Assembly: GCA_007376395.1 (NCBI GenBank)
Contig: VMGE01000006.1
Location: 2,812-66,811, forward strand
Source: Microgenomates group bacterium Gr01-1014_5
Lineage (GTDB): Bacteria; Patescibacteriota; Microgenomatia; UBA8517; UBA10165
Direction: 5' to 3'
DNA: 64,000 nt
How positions within the stretch are numbered: position 1 is the first letter of the stretch; each line of letters starts with the position of its first letter. Below are positions 1 to 8,148 of the stretch, piece by piece. Under the pieces are notes generated by a model. It was not told the origin of the DNA. It was given only the letters and a program-made list of their open reading frames with translations, and searched no databases. The position numbers were made by a program, and so were the translations under genes.

Positions 1-467
1 TAGGTATTAACATTTCCTCCTTTGGCTGGCGCCGAAATGACCACGCGCTTGGCTCCTGCTTTAGCGTGTTTTTTGGCTCCTTCCTCGTCGGTAAAAACAC
101 CTGTTGCCTCAATGACGATTTCGACACCGAGTTTTTTCCAGGGAAGTTTCTCTGGATCGCGTTGTGCTAAAACTAAAGTTGTTTTGCCGCCTGCTCCGAT
201 CGAATCGGAGTTAACCATAATTTTTCCGATCTCAGGGGTTTCGTCAGTCGCTTCGTTCGCACTCCTGATTTTCTCAAAAGTTATTTCTCTGGGGAATTTT
301 CTGTAAGTTGTATCATATTTGACCAAATGTGCCCAACCTTCGACATCCATTGAACCTGATGTGTTCACAGCGACAATATCTAGTTTGTCTGAATAATTAA
401 GAAGCGCGATACGGAACGCGAGGCGTCCGATTCTTCCAAAACCGTTGATAGCAACACGGACAGACAT
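1..467 (-). CDS. gap: Glyceraldehyde-3-phosphate dehydrogenase (5' part, runs off the window)
   Basis: Manual translation from ATG at 467: MSVRVAINGFGRIGRLAFR...KYDT...LPWKKLGVEIVIEATGVFT...AGAKRVVISAP. Not in the ORF track. Confidence 0.97.
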   Translation of the reverse strand, partial: MSVRVAINGFGRIGRLAFRIALLNYSDKLDIVAVNTSGSMDVEGWAHLVKYDTTYRKFPREITFEKIRSANEATDETPEIGKIMVNSDSIGAGGKTTLVLAQRDPEKLPWKKLGVEIVIEATGVFTDEEGAKKHAKAGAKRVVISAPAKGGNVNT

Positions 468-506
468 AGTAAGATAAAGATACAGAAACAGACACAGATA
501 AGCAAC

Positions 507-860
507 CTATTTTCTCATTAATCCCGTTAACATCCTACAAATTTCTTCAGCTAAAACATATATTTTCTGTTTATATTTTTCATCTACATTAAGCAAGTTT
601 CGCTTACTTAATATAATTAATATACTCATAGACTCGTAAACAGAACCCTTAGATATATTATAGAAATTAGATGAATCTCTAACTGTTTTTCTCCCGCTTC
701 CTTCAGCTATATTGCTCGGAATTGATAGCGCACATCGCCTTAATTGTTCTCCAAATGAAAACTGGTATTTCTGAGGTAAACCATCTGCGATTTCTATAAG
801 TAGGTCTGCTAACTCTACAGCCTTCTCCCAAACTTTGAGCCTTTGAAATTGAAATGACAT
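507..860 (-). CDS. Four-helix-bundle protein (23S rRNA IVS protein / Avd-like family)
   Basis: FQRLKVWEKA...QLRRCALSIPSNIAEGSGR...ISKGSVYE family signature. Confidence 0.9.
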   Translation of the reverse strand: MSFQFQRLKVWEKAVELADLLIEIADGLPQKYQFSFGEQLRRCALSIPSNIAEGSGRKTVRDSSNFYNISKGSVYESMSILIILSKRNLLNVDEKYKQKIYVLAEEICRMLTGLMRK

Positions 861-877
861 TTTCCGTATCTGTATCT

Positions 878-1933
878 CTATCTGTTTCTGAGTGCTAGGA
901 GTCCTGGCAGATCACCATATGCTAGATATTCCAACATTGCTCCACCGCCAGTTGAGATAAAATCTATTTTATCAGATATTCCGAGTTTGTGGAGCGCGTG
1001 GATTGTATCTCCGCCTCCCGCAATCTTGTAAGCCTTAGAATTGACCACTGCTTTCGCAACTATTTCTGTTCCTTCCCAGCGATTATTATCAATATCCCCC
1101 ATTGGCCCATTCCAAACAATTGTTTTTGCAGTTTTTATTACTTCGGCAAAATTGCGTGCCGAGTCAGGAGTAATATCCCGACCACTGCGGTTGACGTGGG
1201 CGGCGACAATACACATTTTTCCGTCGGTGTCGCGGCAATATGATTTAATTTTGTGCGGTAATACTCCACCAACCAAAACCGTGTCTGCGTGGCGAAATAG
1301 CTTGTCTACAAACACAACCTTGTCGTACTTTCCCCCACCGATAATCATAACAACCGGACGTTTAGGGAATTCTCCGCCTGAGGCGGATCCGCCTATGGAG
1401 GGTAAAACTTTTTCTAAATGCTCTACCTCTTCTGTTAATCTCTTGCCTGCCGCATGGGGTAAAAGTTTTGGTAATCCCACAACAGAAGCTGTTTCTCGGT
1501 GGCAAACTCCAAACGCATCGTTAACATAGATGTCGCCGTGTTCTGCTAAATATGCTGCATATTCCATCATTTCTTCTTTATCCCGAGCCGTGTCGAGGGA
1601 CTCGCCCGCATCAAAGCGCAAATTCTCCATCATATACATTTCTAAATTCTTAAATTTCTCCCGGCCTAAATAATCACGCATGAGTTTTTCTAAATGTTTT
1701 GCCACTGGTTCAAGACTGAGGCTTTCTACTACTTTACCGCCTGGCCTGCCGCGGTGGCCTAAAACAACAATTCTGCCCGAGCCTTGTTCAAGAAGATAAT
1801 CAATTGTAGGGATTGCGGCTTTGAGGCGATAATCTTCGGCAACTTTTCCGTCTTCGAGGGCGACGTCTAAATCGAGTCTGAGAAGTATTCTTTTTCCTTT
1901 TATTTTAAGATCTGTGAGTTTTGGCAGCTTCAC
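878..1933 (-). CDS. pgk: Phosphoglycerate kinase (short form)
   Basis: GHRGRP, ENLRF, VNDAFGVCHR, IVWNGPMG, GGGDT, ISTGGGAMLEYL motifs. Confidence 0.96.
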   Translation of the reverse strand: MKLPKLTDLKIKGKRILLRLDLDVALEDGKVAEDYRLKAAIPTIDYLLEQGSGRIVVLGHRGRPGGKVVESLSLEPVAKHLEKLMRDYLGREKFKNLEMYMMENLRFDAGESLDTARDKEEMMEYAAYLAEHGDIYVNDAFGVCHRETASVVGLPKLLPHAAGKRLTEEVEHLEKVLPSIGGSASGGEFPKRPVVMIIGGGKYDKVVFVDKLFRHADTVLVGGVLPHKIKSYCRDTDGKMCIVAAHVNRSGRDITPDSARNFAEVIKTAKTIVWNGPMGDIDNNRWEGTEIVAKAVVNSKAYKIAGGGDTIHALHKLGISDKIDFISTGGGAMLEYLAYGDLPGLLALRNR

Positions 1934-1945
1934 ATACCCATTGTA

Positions 1946-2386
1946 TCACTCTAACCGCGAGATCTTTTCCAGTCTTCTTTTATGTCTTTCTTCGCCCGAA
2001 AAATCAGTTTCTAAAAAGACTTTGACCATTTCTTTTGCCTCGTCGAGGCTTATATAATCTGCGCCTAACGACAAAACGTTAGCGTCGTTATGCTCACGAG
2101 CTTTCTTTGCCATTTCTACATTCATGCAAATTGCAGCCCTAACCCTTTTTATTTTATTAGCGGCGATTGCTTCACCATTACCTGAACGACCGATTACAAT
2201 TCCAAAAGCATCTTGTTCACTTGCCACTCTCTGAGCTACCGGGATAACAAAATCAGGATAATCGTCTTCTGGTTCTAAACTGTGTGCACCCAAATCTTCA
2301 ACCTGGGTTCCAAATTCTGACAAATGCTCTTTAAGTGACTCTTTTAAAGCATACCCGCCATGATCTGCACCTATATATACCTTCAT
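1946..2386 (-). CDS. rpiB: Ribose-5-phosphate isomerase B (RpiB/LacAB family)
   Basis: GADHGG, DDYPD, GSGNGEAIAANK, REHNDANVL, RHKRRL. Confidence 0.93.
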   Translation of the reverse strand: MKVYIGADHGGYALKESLKEHLSEFGTQVEDLGAHSLEPEDDYPDFVIPVAQRVASEQDAFGIVIGRSGNGEAIAANKIKRVRAAICMNVEMAKKAREHNDANVLSLGADYISLDEAKEMVKVFLETDFSGEERHKRRLEKISRLE

Positions 2387-2494
2387 AATTTACAATTTAC
2401 AATTTTTAATTTTCATTCAAGTCTCAATAACTCAATGTTTAAAACATTTTAAAATTGAAAATTCATTGAAAATTGAGAAATGAAAATTTTAAAT
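2387..2494. repeat. Inverted pair of 7-nt periodic arrays with no internal gene
   Basis: AATTTAC AATTTAC AATTTTT AATTTTC ... AAAATTG AAAATTC ATTGAAAATTGAGAAATGAAAATT. Confidence 0.75.
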
Positions 2495-3184
2495 TTATTT
2501 AAACCCTTCTGCCAATTCTAGCACTTTAGCTTTAATATCTTCTGCGTGAATTATTGCCGATGATAGTGCAATCCCGACAGCCCCGTACTCCACACAACTT
2601 ACCGCATCCTCCTTATCCTTAATACCTGCGCCTACTATTAATGGTATACCTTGGGATTTCAATCGATCCGCCGCCTCTTTGATTGATTTGGGTTTTGATT
2701 TGGCAACAGAAGTGTCAGGTGATCCAATTAATTCCGGCGGCTCGTAAGCGATATAAGTCGGAATAATTTTCGGTTCTAAAATTTTATCGATCTCGTCAAT
2801 CGAAGAAGCAAAAACTAAGGTTTTTAATTCGTATTCGTTGCACTGGTTGATAACTTTGGAGAGAAGTGTATATCCGTCGTATTTGTGCTCTGAATGGTTT
2901 AAAAATACGCCAGAAATTCCGCTTGCCCCGCGAAGCTTTAGCGAAGTGGGGTGCCATTCTTTTAAAGTTTCCACCGGGCTTTTACCCGTTCCCCCGTTAA
3001 AATCTGCGTGTTGAGCCCAAATCTCGCCATCCCAAAATTCCCGGCACATCCAGATATCTAAGTCATGCGGCACGGGAATAATCGGCACGCGGGTCTCTTT
3101 TTGTGCCAGTGCAAGCTCTTTTACCAACTTTTCAGCATTTGCCCCTGTGGCGCGTACAGAGCTTTTGAAGTTAACAAATATCAT
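2495..3184 (-). CDS. tpiA: Triosephosphate isomerase (short, archaeal-like type)
   Basis: VNFK, AQH, LNHSE, IAYEPPELIG, VGAGI; lies in the glycolysis cluster. Confidence 0.92.
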   Translation of the reverse strand: MIFVNFKSSVRATGANAEKLVKELALAQKETRVPIIPVPHDLDIWMCREFWDGEIWAQHADFNGGTGKSPVETLKEWHPTSLKLRGASGISGVFLNHSEHKYDGYTLLSKVINQCNEYELKTLVFASSIDEIDKILEPKIIPTYIAYEPPELIGSPDTSVAKSKPKSIKEAADRLKSQGIPLIVGAGIKDKEDAVSCVEYGAVGIALSSAIIHAEDIKAKVLELAEGFK

Positions 3185-3223
3185 GATTAAGGATAAGTAG
3201 TCAGTTGTGGGTAGTGAGAAATA

Positions 3224-3598
3224 TCACTTCCAACTTTCTCCTAAACGATAAAGTTGTTTGCCCGCAATTTCATACTCCTCTACTAGATTACCACAAATTG
3301 ACACATTTATGAGCTTGGGGTAGAGATCGCGAATGAGTAAAAGGTGAACAACAGATTCATTGCATTCCCCCACCGCGTCGCGAAGATACTTACGCCATTC
3401 TTTCGCAGACTGCCTTCTGGCATACCCCTCGGCTATTAAAGCTGGTGGTGATTTGGTTGAACGATTGAGTTGATCTCTTAATCCGTACTTTTCTTGTACG
3501 GGCAATTTAGGGAGTATTTCTTTGTGAACAGCAAGAGCCAGCCTGTAAAGACGCTTGTAAACGTCAAGATCTCTAAAACTTACAATTTTTAGACCCAT
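3224..3598 (-). CDS. Four-helix-bundle protein
   Basis: SFRDLDVYK...LPVQEKYGLRDQLNRS..SPPALIAEGY. Confidence 0.9.
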   Translation of the reverse strand: MGLKIVSFRDLDVYKRLYRLALAVHKEILPKLPVQEKYGLRDQLNRSTKSPPALIAEGYARRQSAKEWRKYLRDAVGECNESVVHLLLIRDLYPKLINVSICGNLVEEYEIAGKQLYRLGESWK

Positions 3599-3634
3599 TT
3601 CTCACTACTTACTACCCACTACTCACAACCTTGG

Positions 3635-4084
3635 TTACTTTACAGTAACCGCGCCTTCCATTCCCAGCTGGCGATGGTTGCCCACACTGCAAAAGAAAGT
3701 GTAAATTCCGCTTTTATCGGGTGTAAAAGTGATTGTGTCTTCCTTACCTCCACCGATCACCTTTGTTCTTACTCCAAGCTCTGAAATCACTAAGTCGTGG
3801 GGTAGAGTTCCTGTGTTTTTATAAACAACCTTTACGCTCTTCCCGGCTTCCAGATTAATTGATTTGGGGGTGAAATTGTATTCAGACCCTGAGACACTAA
3901 TAATTGTCGCTGTTTCTGTTTGTCCGGGCGTGACCAAGGGCGCAGATTCTGTTGCGGCTGGCGCTTGAGTTTGCTGTTCTTGAAATACTCCCGTACTCTT
4001 GTTGGATGTTTGACCTACCGCCAGGTAAACGATTACGGCAATTGGAACTAAAATACCACTTCCGATAATTATTCCTTTATTCAT
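3635..4084 (-). CDS. Membrane-anchored cupredoxin (type-1 copper) protein
   Basis: N-terminal TM from MNKGIII (start reassigned to 4084); PHD...FFCSVGNHRQLGMEG copper ligands. Confidence 0.85.
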   Translation of the reverse strand: MNKGIIIGSGILVPIAVIVYLAVGQTSNKSTGVFQEQQTQAPAATESAPLVTPGQTETATIISVSGSEYNFTPKSINLEAGKSVKVVYKNTGTLPHDLVISELGVRTKVIGGGKEDTITFTPDKSGIYTFFCSVGNHRQLGMEGAVTVK

Positions 4085-4143
4085 TGTCCTCCTAAATAAT
4101 AACCCAATAAAGGCAAGGAGAACACCCTGTAATTTAGACAACT

Positions 4144-4896
4144 TCATTCTGCGTGCGGAAGAATACCTATCAATATCCACATTACAGCTACGCCCAACAA
4201 AAGAAGCGCTGCCTGGTGCCAAGGTTTATCTCGGTGGTCTTCTTGAACTTCAGGAAGTAAGTCTGACGCGGCAATGTATAAAAACAGCCCTCCGGCAATA
4301 GCCAGCATAAGTCCTAAATTGGTTTCGAAAGTCTGGGCAAACGCTAAAACAGTAAAAGCTCCCAAATAAGTAGCCAGCGCAGAACCCAAATTGACTAAAA
4401 TCGCGCGGGCTTTAGACCAGCCGGCAGACAGCATTAAACCAAAATCACCCAATTCGTGCGGAACTTCGTGCATAAAAGTAGAAATTGCCACCAAAACCCC
4501 CAAAGAAGGCTCGACTAAATATGCAGTAGCAATAGCTACGCCATCGATAAAATTATGAATGGTATCCCCAGCAACAACCAAAGGCATTGAAGATTTCAAG
4601 GTCGTTCTTGCGTGTTCTTCGTGATGGTGTAAATGCATAAAAAACTGCTCAAAGAAAAAGGCAACTACCATTACTATTAAAACCACGCGCAGAACAAATC
4701 CGGCATTTGACACTTCTATCGCCTCTGGTAAAACATCCAGCAAGGAAACGGAAAGCATCACGCCTGCTGCAAAAGGAATGGCATGAATCGAAATTACCTT
4801 GCGCAGCGAGGCACGGGAAAGCATGAGGATTCCTCCTGCCAAACCCAGCACACTGCCAAGTGTTGCCAAGCCAAAAACTGCTAAAAATTGCTCCAT
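4144..4896 (-). CDS. ZIP family zinc/metal transporter
   Basis: Multi-TM; HLHHHEEH loop, GDTIHNFIDG, HEVPHELGDF, YIAASDLLPE. Confidence 0.93.
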   Translation of the reverse strand: MEQFLAVFGLATLGSVLGLAGGILMLSRASLRKVISIHAIPFAAGVMLSVSLLDVLPEAIEVSNAGFVLRVVLIVMVVAFFFEQFFMHLHHHEEHARTTLKSSMPLVVAGDTIHNFIDGVAIATAYLVEPSLGVLVAISTFMHEVPHELGDFGLMLSAGWSKARAILVNLGSALATYLGAFTVLAFAQTFETNLGLMLAIAGGLFLYIAASDLLPEVQEDHRDKPWHQAALLLLGVAVMWILIGILPHAE

Positions 4897-4926
4897 AAAT
4901 CACCGCATATTTACCGCGTTATTTCC

Positions 4927-5006
4927 GAAACGTACAAATTTAATTATAAATTTTACGTTTCTGGGACGTTTAATTTCAGGAAAATTATTACGTCCCGGAC
5001 TGTCTA
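4927..5006 (-). promoter_or_regulatory. Candidate cis-regulatory twin-hairpin motif, copy 1 (ZIP leader)
   Basis: Minus strand TAGACAG..GGGACGTAATAATTTTCCTGAAATTAAACGTCCC-A-GAAACGTA...GTACGTTTC; homologous to 26197-26277 with compensatory changes. Confidence 0.65.
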
Positions 5007-5010
5007 AACT

Positions 5011-5205
5011 TTAAGCGCCCATTCTTGTATAAATTCCAAAAGTAGCCAAGACTCCGGCAACAACGAGCCATTGAGTTGCAGTAAGCCAAAAGCTAATTCC
5101 TAAAAAGTCCAGAGCAGAAAGACCTACTGCCGCAACTGCTCCCCAAACTAAATAATGTGAATAACGGCGCAAATCTTTATTATTAACCGATGTTTTCTTT
5201 GCCAT
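5011..5205 (-). CDS. Small two-TM membrane protein
   Basis: 64 aa, two hydrophobic segments, GGTGGTGA SD-like sequence upstream. Confidence 0.7.
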   Translation of the reverse strand: MAKKTSVNNKDLRRYSHYLVWGAVAAVGLSALDFLGISFWLTATQWLVVAGVLATFGIYTRMGA

Positions 5206-5401
5206 TTACCCTCACCACCCTTCGCCTCCGCTTGTTATATATAAAAATATTGGCGAACCCCTACCGTAGCTTTAGCGGAGGGGGGTTTCCCCCTTTAATT
5301 CGGCTACGTAAGTGGCAGGCCACCCTTAATCAACTAACATATCCATTGTAGACAAGTTTTGTTCTCTTGAAAAGCCGATCTTTTAATGTCAGAATATATT
5401 T

Positions 5402-5794
5402 ATGCAAAAACTGTTCCTGTTTTTGGTCGTTTGTTTTCTGTCTTTACTTTTTTTTACTTCCAGCGCTGAGGCAAAACACAATACAAAATCAAGTAAAAAT
5501 CCTGCTTTTTCAGCCTCTTTAGCCAAGAACAAATTGTCAGTTTCTGCAAGTTTTTCCAACCTTACCAACGTCAAAACTATTACTTATCAACTTACTTACG
5601 ATTCAAACAAAGGTCAGCAGGGAGCAGCCGGTACTATTAAAGTCGGTAAGTTAAAATCTACTTCCAGAAAACTTCTTTTGGGCACTTGTTCGGGAAGAGT
5701 CTGCAGCTACCACCGCGACGTTAGTAATATCAGGCTTTCTGTTGACTTTAACCTAAAGTCCGGCGGCGTTGTTTCGTACGAGAAAAAACTGTAA
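5402..5794 (+). CDS. Secreted hypothetical protein
   Basis: Signal peptide; LLLGTCSGRVCSYH motif. Confidence 0.75.
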   Translation: MQKLFLFLVVCFLSLLFFTSSAEAKHNTKSSKNPAFSASLAKNKLSVSASFSNLTNVKTITYQLTYDSNKGQQGAAGTIKVGKLKSTSRKLLLGTCSGRVCSYHRDVSNIRLSVDFNLKSGGVVSYEKKL

Positions 5795-7339
5795 TTAAGT
5801 TCTTGGCCGGATCCGCCACTTTTCAACCCCATACCCGCTTATTTCTGTTTCATCTACCTTTTCTCCTCTCTCAAATTTAATTTTCTCCCGCCATTTAGAG
5901 TACGAATTCCGATCCCCGCCGGGCTCAATAATTAAGAAGCGGAGGTTGTCACAGCCTAACGTCGGTTGTGTATATGCGAGAGGCTTTAGCACATATGTAT
6001 CTTTTAAAAACCCCGGAAAGAGGTTGTATTCGCAAGGGACAAATCCATATTTTTCGCGCCCTTTCCACCAAAAGAGATACTGGTTTTGGTAATCGTAGAC
6101 GTGCGGACTGTAAGTATAAACATTAAAACCATCCTCTTCGTTGTGGGTATAAATCCAGTCTAAAACCTTTAACTGGTTTGCCAAAATCCCGGGATCGTCT
6201 GACGAAGTCAAATACTGTTTATATCTTTCCTGGAAAAGTTGTCCCTGAGCCAGTATAACTAGCGCTAAAAGCATAAAACCTATCTTTTTGGGAATACTCA
6301 CCAGCATTAAAACTAGGCCTATGAAAGTTAAAAGATAAAGATAGATTGTGTGCCATTCACGCCAAGCCGTATTACTGCCAAAAAACAAGAACGATATAAG
6401 CCAAAAAAGGACTGTTAGAAAAACGAATGAGCGCACAAAGCGGTTCTGCGAATTTCTTAAAAACCAGTACGCCAGTACGCCAACCACTAACACACTGGCC
6501 AAAAGGCTTTGGGGGATAATACTGCGGGCAAATATCTCACTAAACCTTAAAGTGATTTCAGAAAAGTTTGTACTGGCAAAAAACCCGCGCTCCCCCACAA
6601 CTCCGGCGCTTACAAGACTGCTTATTGAAAATTGTTTAAAAAGCTGTAAAAGAATTGGTGAGAAAAAAATAAGCGGAATAATAAAAGTAGTAGTTATGTA
6701 ATGTTTTAGTTTGAGTATTCTACCCTTTACGCCCCAAGCGCCGACTACCAGTTGCAGTAAAAACATCACAACTGCGACAGCTACGGCACAATTAAATGCT
6801 AAAATAAGCGGAATAAAGGCTAGATAGTAATTTTTTTGTTTGCTTGCCCCGCCGCCAGGCGAGCCAGACAAGAAACCAGATAATAAAAACAATTGCCACA
6901 ATGTTAAGAACCCTACAGGAAAGGGATTAAATTCGTATCTAGAAAGCTCATAAAAGTACCAATACCCCTGGAGGGCAAACCCTGCAATAAGCCCAGCCAG
7001 CGGCGAAACGCGCCTTGAAACCCACCACATCACAAGAGCTGTTGTGCCTAGACTGAGAAGAATCAGCATAAAGATTCCGCCCACCGGATGGCCGTTAAAA
7101 AGAAGGTAACCGGGAGCCAAAAAGTAATACCAGAGAGGTCCGGCAAACACCCCGGGCATTGAGGTTTCAGGACCTTTGGTTAATATCCGCCCATATTCAA
7201 CAATCTCGCGGACGTGCACTGCGTTATTTCCCTGGTCTGTGGTGAAGTAAAAATTATAGTTTTGTGGGGGGATGATGCGGATAGCAAACTGTGCTACTAG
7301 TATAAGTGTAAAAAGAAGCCAAAAAATACGTTTGTTCAT
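5795..7339 (-). CDS. Polytopic membrane protein, GT-C (PMT/ArnT-like) glycosyltransferase
   Basis: FYFTTDQG, GPLWYYFLAP, many TMs. Start reassigned to MNKRIF, 5 nt after TGCTAGAAT. Confidence 0.7.
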   Translation of the reverse strand: MNKRIFWLLFTLILVAQFAIRIIPPQNYNFYFTTDQGNNAVHVREIVEYGRILTKGPETSMPGVFAGPLWYYFLAPGYLLFNGHPVGGIFMLILLSLGTTALVMWWVSRRVSPLAGLIAGFALQGYWYFYELSRYEFNPFPVGFLTLWQLFLLSGFLSGSPGGGASKQKNYYLAFIPLILAFNCAVAVAVVMFLLQLVVGAWGVKGRILKLKHYITTTFIIPLIFFSPILLQLFKQFSISSLVSAGVVGERGFFASTNFSEITLRFSEIFARSIIPQSLLASVLVVGVLAYWFLRNSQNRFVRSFVFLTVLFWLISFLFFGSNTAWREWHTIYLYLLTFIGLVLMLVSIPKKIGFMLLALVILAQGQLFQERYKQYLTSSDDPGILANQLKVLDWIYTHNEEDGFNVYTYSPHVYDYQNQYLFWWKGREKYGFVPCEYNLFPGFLKDTYVLKPLAYTQPTLGCDNLRFLIIEPGGDRNSYSKWREKIKFERGEKVDETEISGYGVEKWRIRPRT

Positions 7340-7443
7340 ACCCAATTCTAGCATGGAAAAATCATGACAACTTCAGCTATTTACGAACCTTGATTGTTAG
7401 TTTGAATAATTGATAATCGTAAGTACAGTAGTTAGACTAAAAT

Positions 7444-8118
7444 ATGGGTTATTATGGAAGACTAGAAGAGAAATTAAAAGCTCAAAAACTTCGAAAACAA
7501 GGACTTTCTTATGGTGAAATTATGCTTCAACTCCCAGTTTCCAAGAGCAGTCTAAGTGACTGGTGTAAGGAGATTCCACTTACAAAAAAGCAAGAACTCA
7601 GACTTCTCCGTTTGAAGTCACTGGGACAAAGAAAAGGTTCAATCATAGCCGCACAAAATAAAAGGCGCTTTAGAATTTGTAGAACAAAAGAGATTTTCAA
7701 AATGGCAAAACAAGAGTTAGGCAGGATTAGTTATAGAGATAAATTTATCGCAGGAATTGCTCTCTACTCTGGCGAGGGAAACAAAACTGACGGTCAAGGC
7801 GGATTTGCAAATTCGGATCCTAAATTAATTAATTTTATGATGAAATGGTTTCAAAGATATTGCAATATCCCAATGTCAAAATTCAGGGGTTCAATTTGGT
7901 TACATGAAGGCTTGAACGAAAAACAATCTAAACAGTATTGGTCAGACCTCACAGGAATACCGATCAACCAGTTCTATAAAACTTATATTGCTAAAAATAA
8001 GATAGGGAGTAGAAAAATCAGGAAGAATATTCACAAGTTTGGAGTGTTTTCAATTAACTTTTTGGACTCACAACAGCAGAGGAGAATAATAGGCTTAATC
8101 TCTGGAGTTGTTCGTTGA
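7444..8118 (+). CDS. HTH plus LAGLIDADG-like hypothetical protein (possible free-standing homing endonuclease)
   Basis: N-terminal HTH (LRKQGLSYGEI...VSKSSLSDW); FIAGIALYSGEG...FANSDPKLI resembles a LAGLIDADG helix and the following strand. Confidence 0.55.
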   Translation: MGYYGRLEEKLKAQKLRKQGLSYGEIMLQLPVSKSSLSDWCKEIPLTKKQELRLLRLKSLGQRKGSIIAAQNKRRFRICRTKEIFKMAKQELGRISYRDKFIAGIALYSGEGNKTDGQGGFANSDPKLINFMMKWFQRYCNIPMSKFRGSIWLHEGLNEKQSKQYWSDLTGIPINQFYKTYIAKNKIGSRKIRKNIHKFGVFSINFLDSQQQRRIIGLISGVVR

Positions 8119-8148
8119 AGAATGGTATAATTGTGCGTACTTTAATAA

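Noticed and set aside
22-306. Plus-strand 94-aa ORF, and many similar antisense ORFs over pgk, groEL, valS, dnaA, dnaN and virB4
   Set aside because: Shadows of well-supported genes on the opposite strand
507-860. Diversity-generating retroelement suggested by Avd-like proteins
   Set aside because: No reverse transcriptase and no TR/VR pair with adenine-specific mismatches seen in the window
5206-5340. Known riboswitch upstream of the small membrane protein
   Set aside because: The main hairpin is a copy of the dispersed CTTCGCTAAAGCTACG palindrome; I recognise no aptamer consensus
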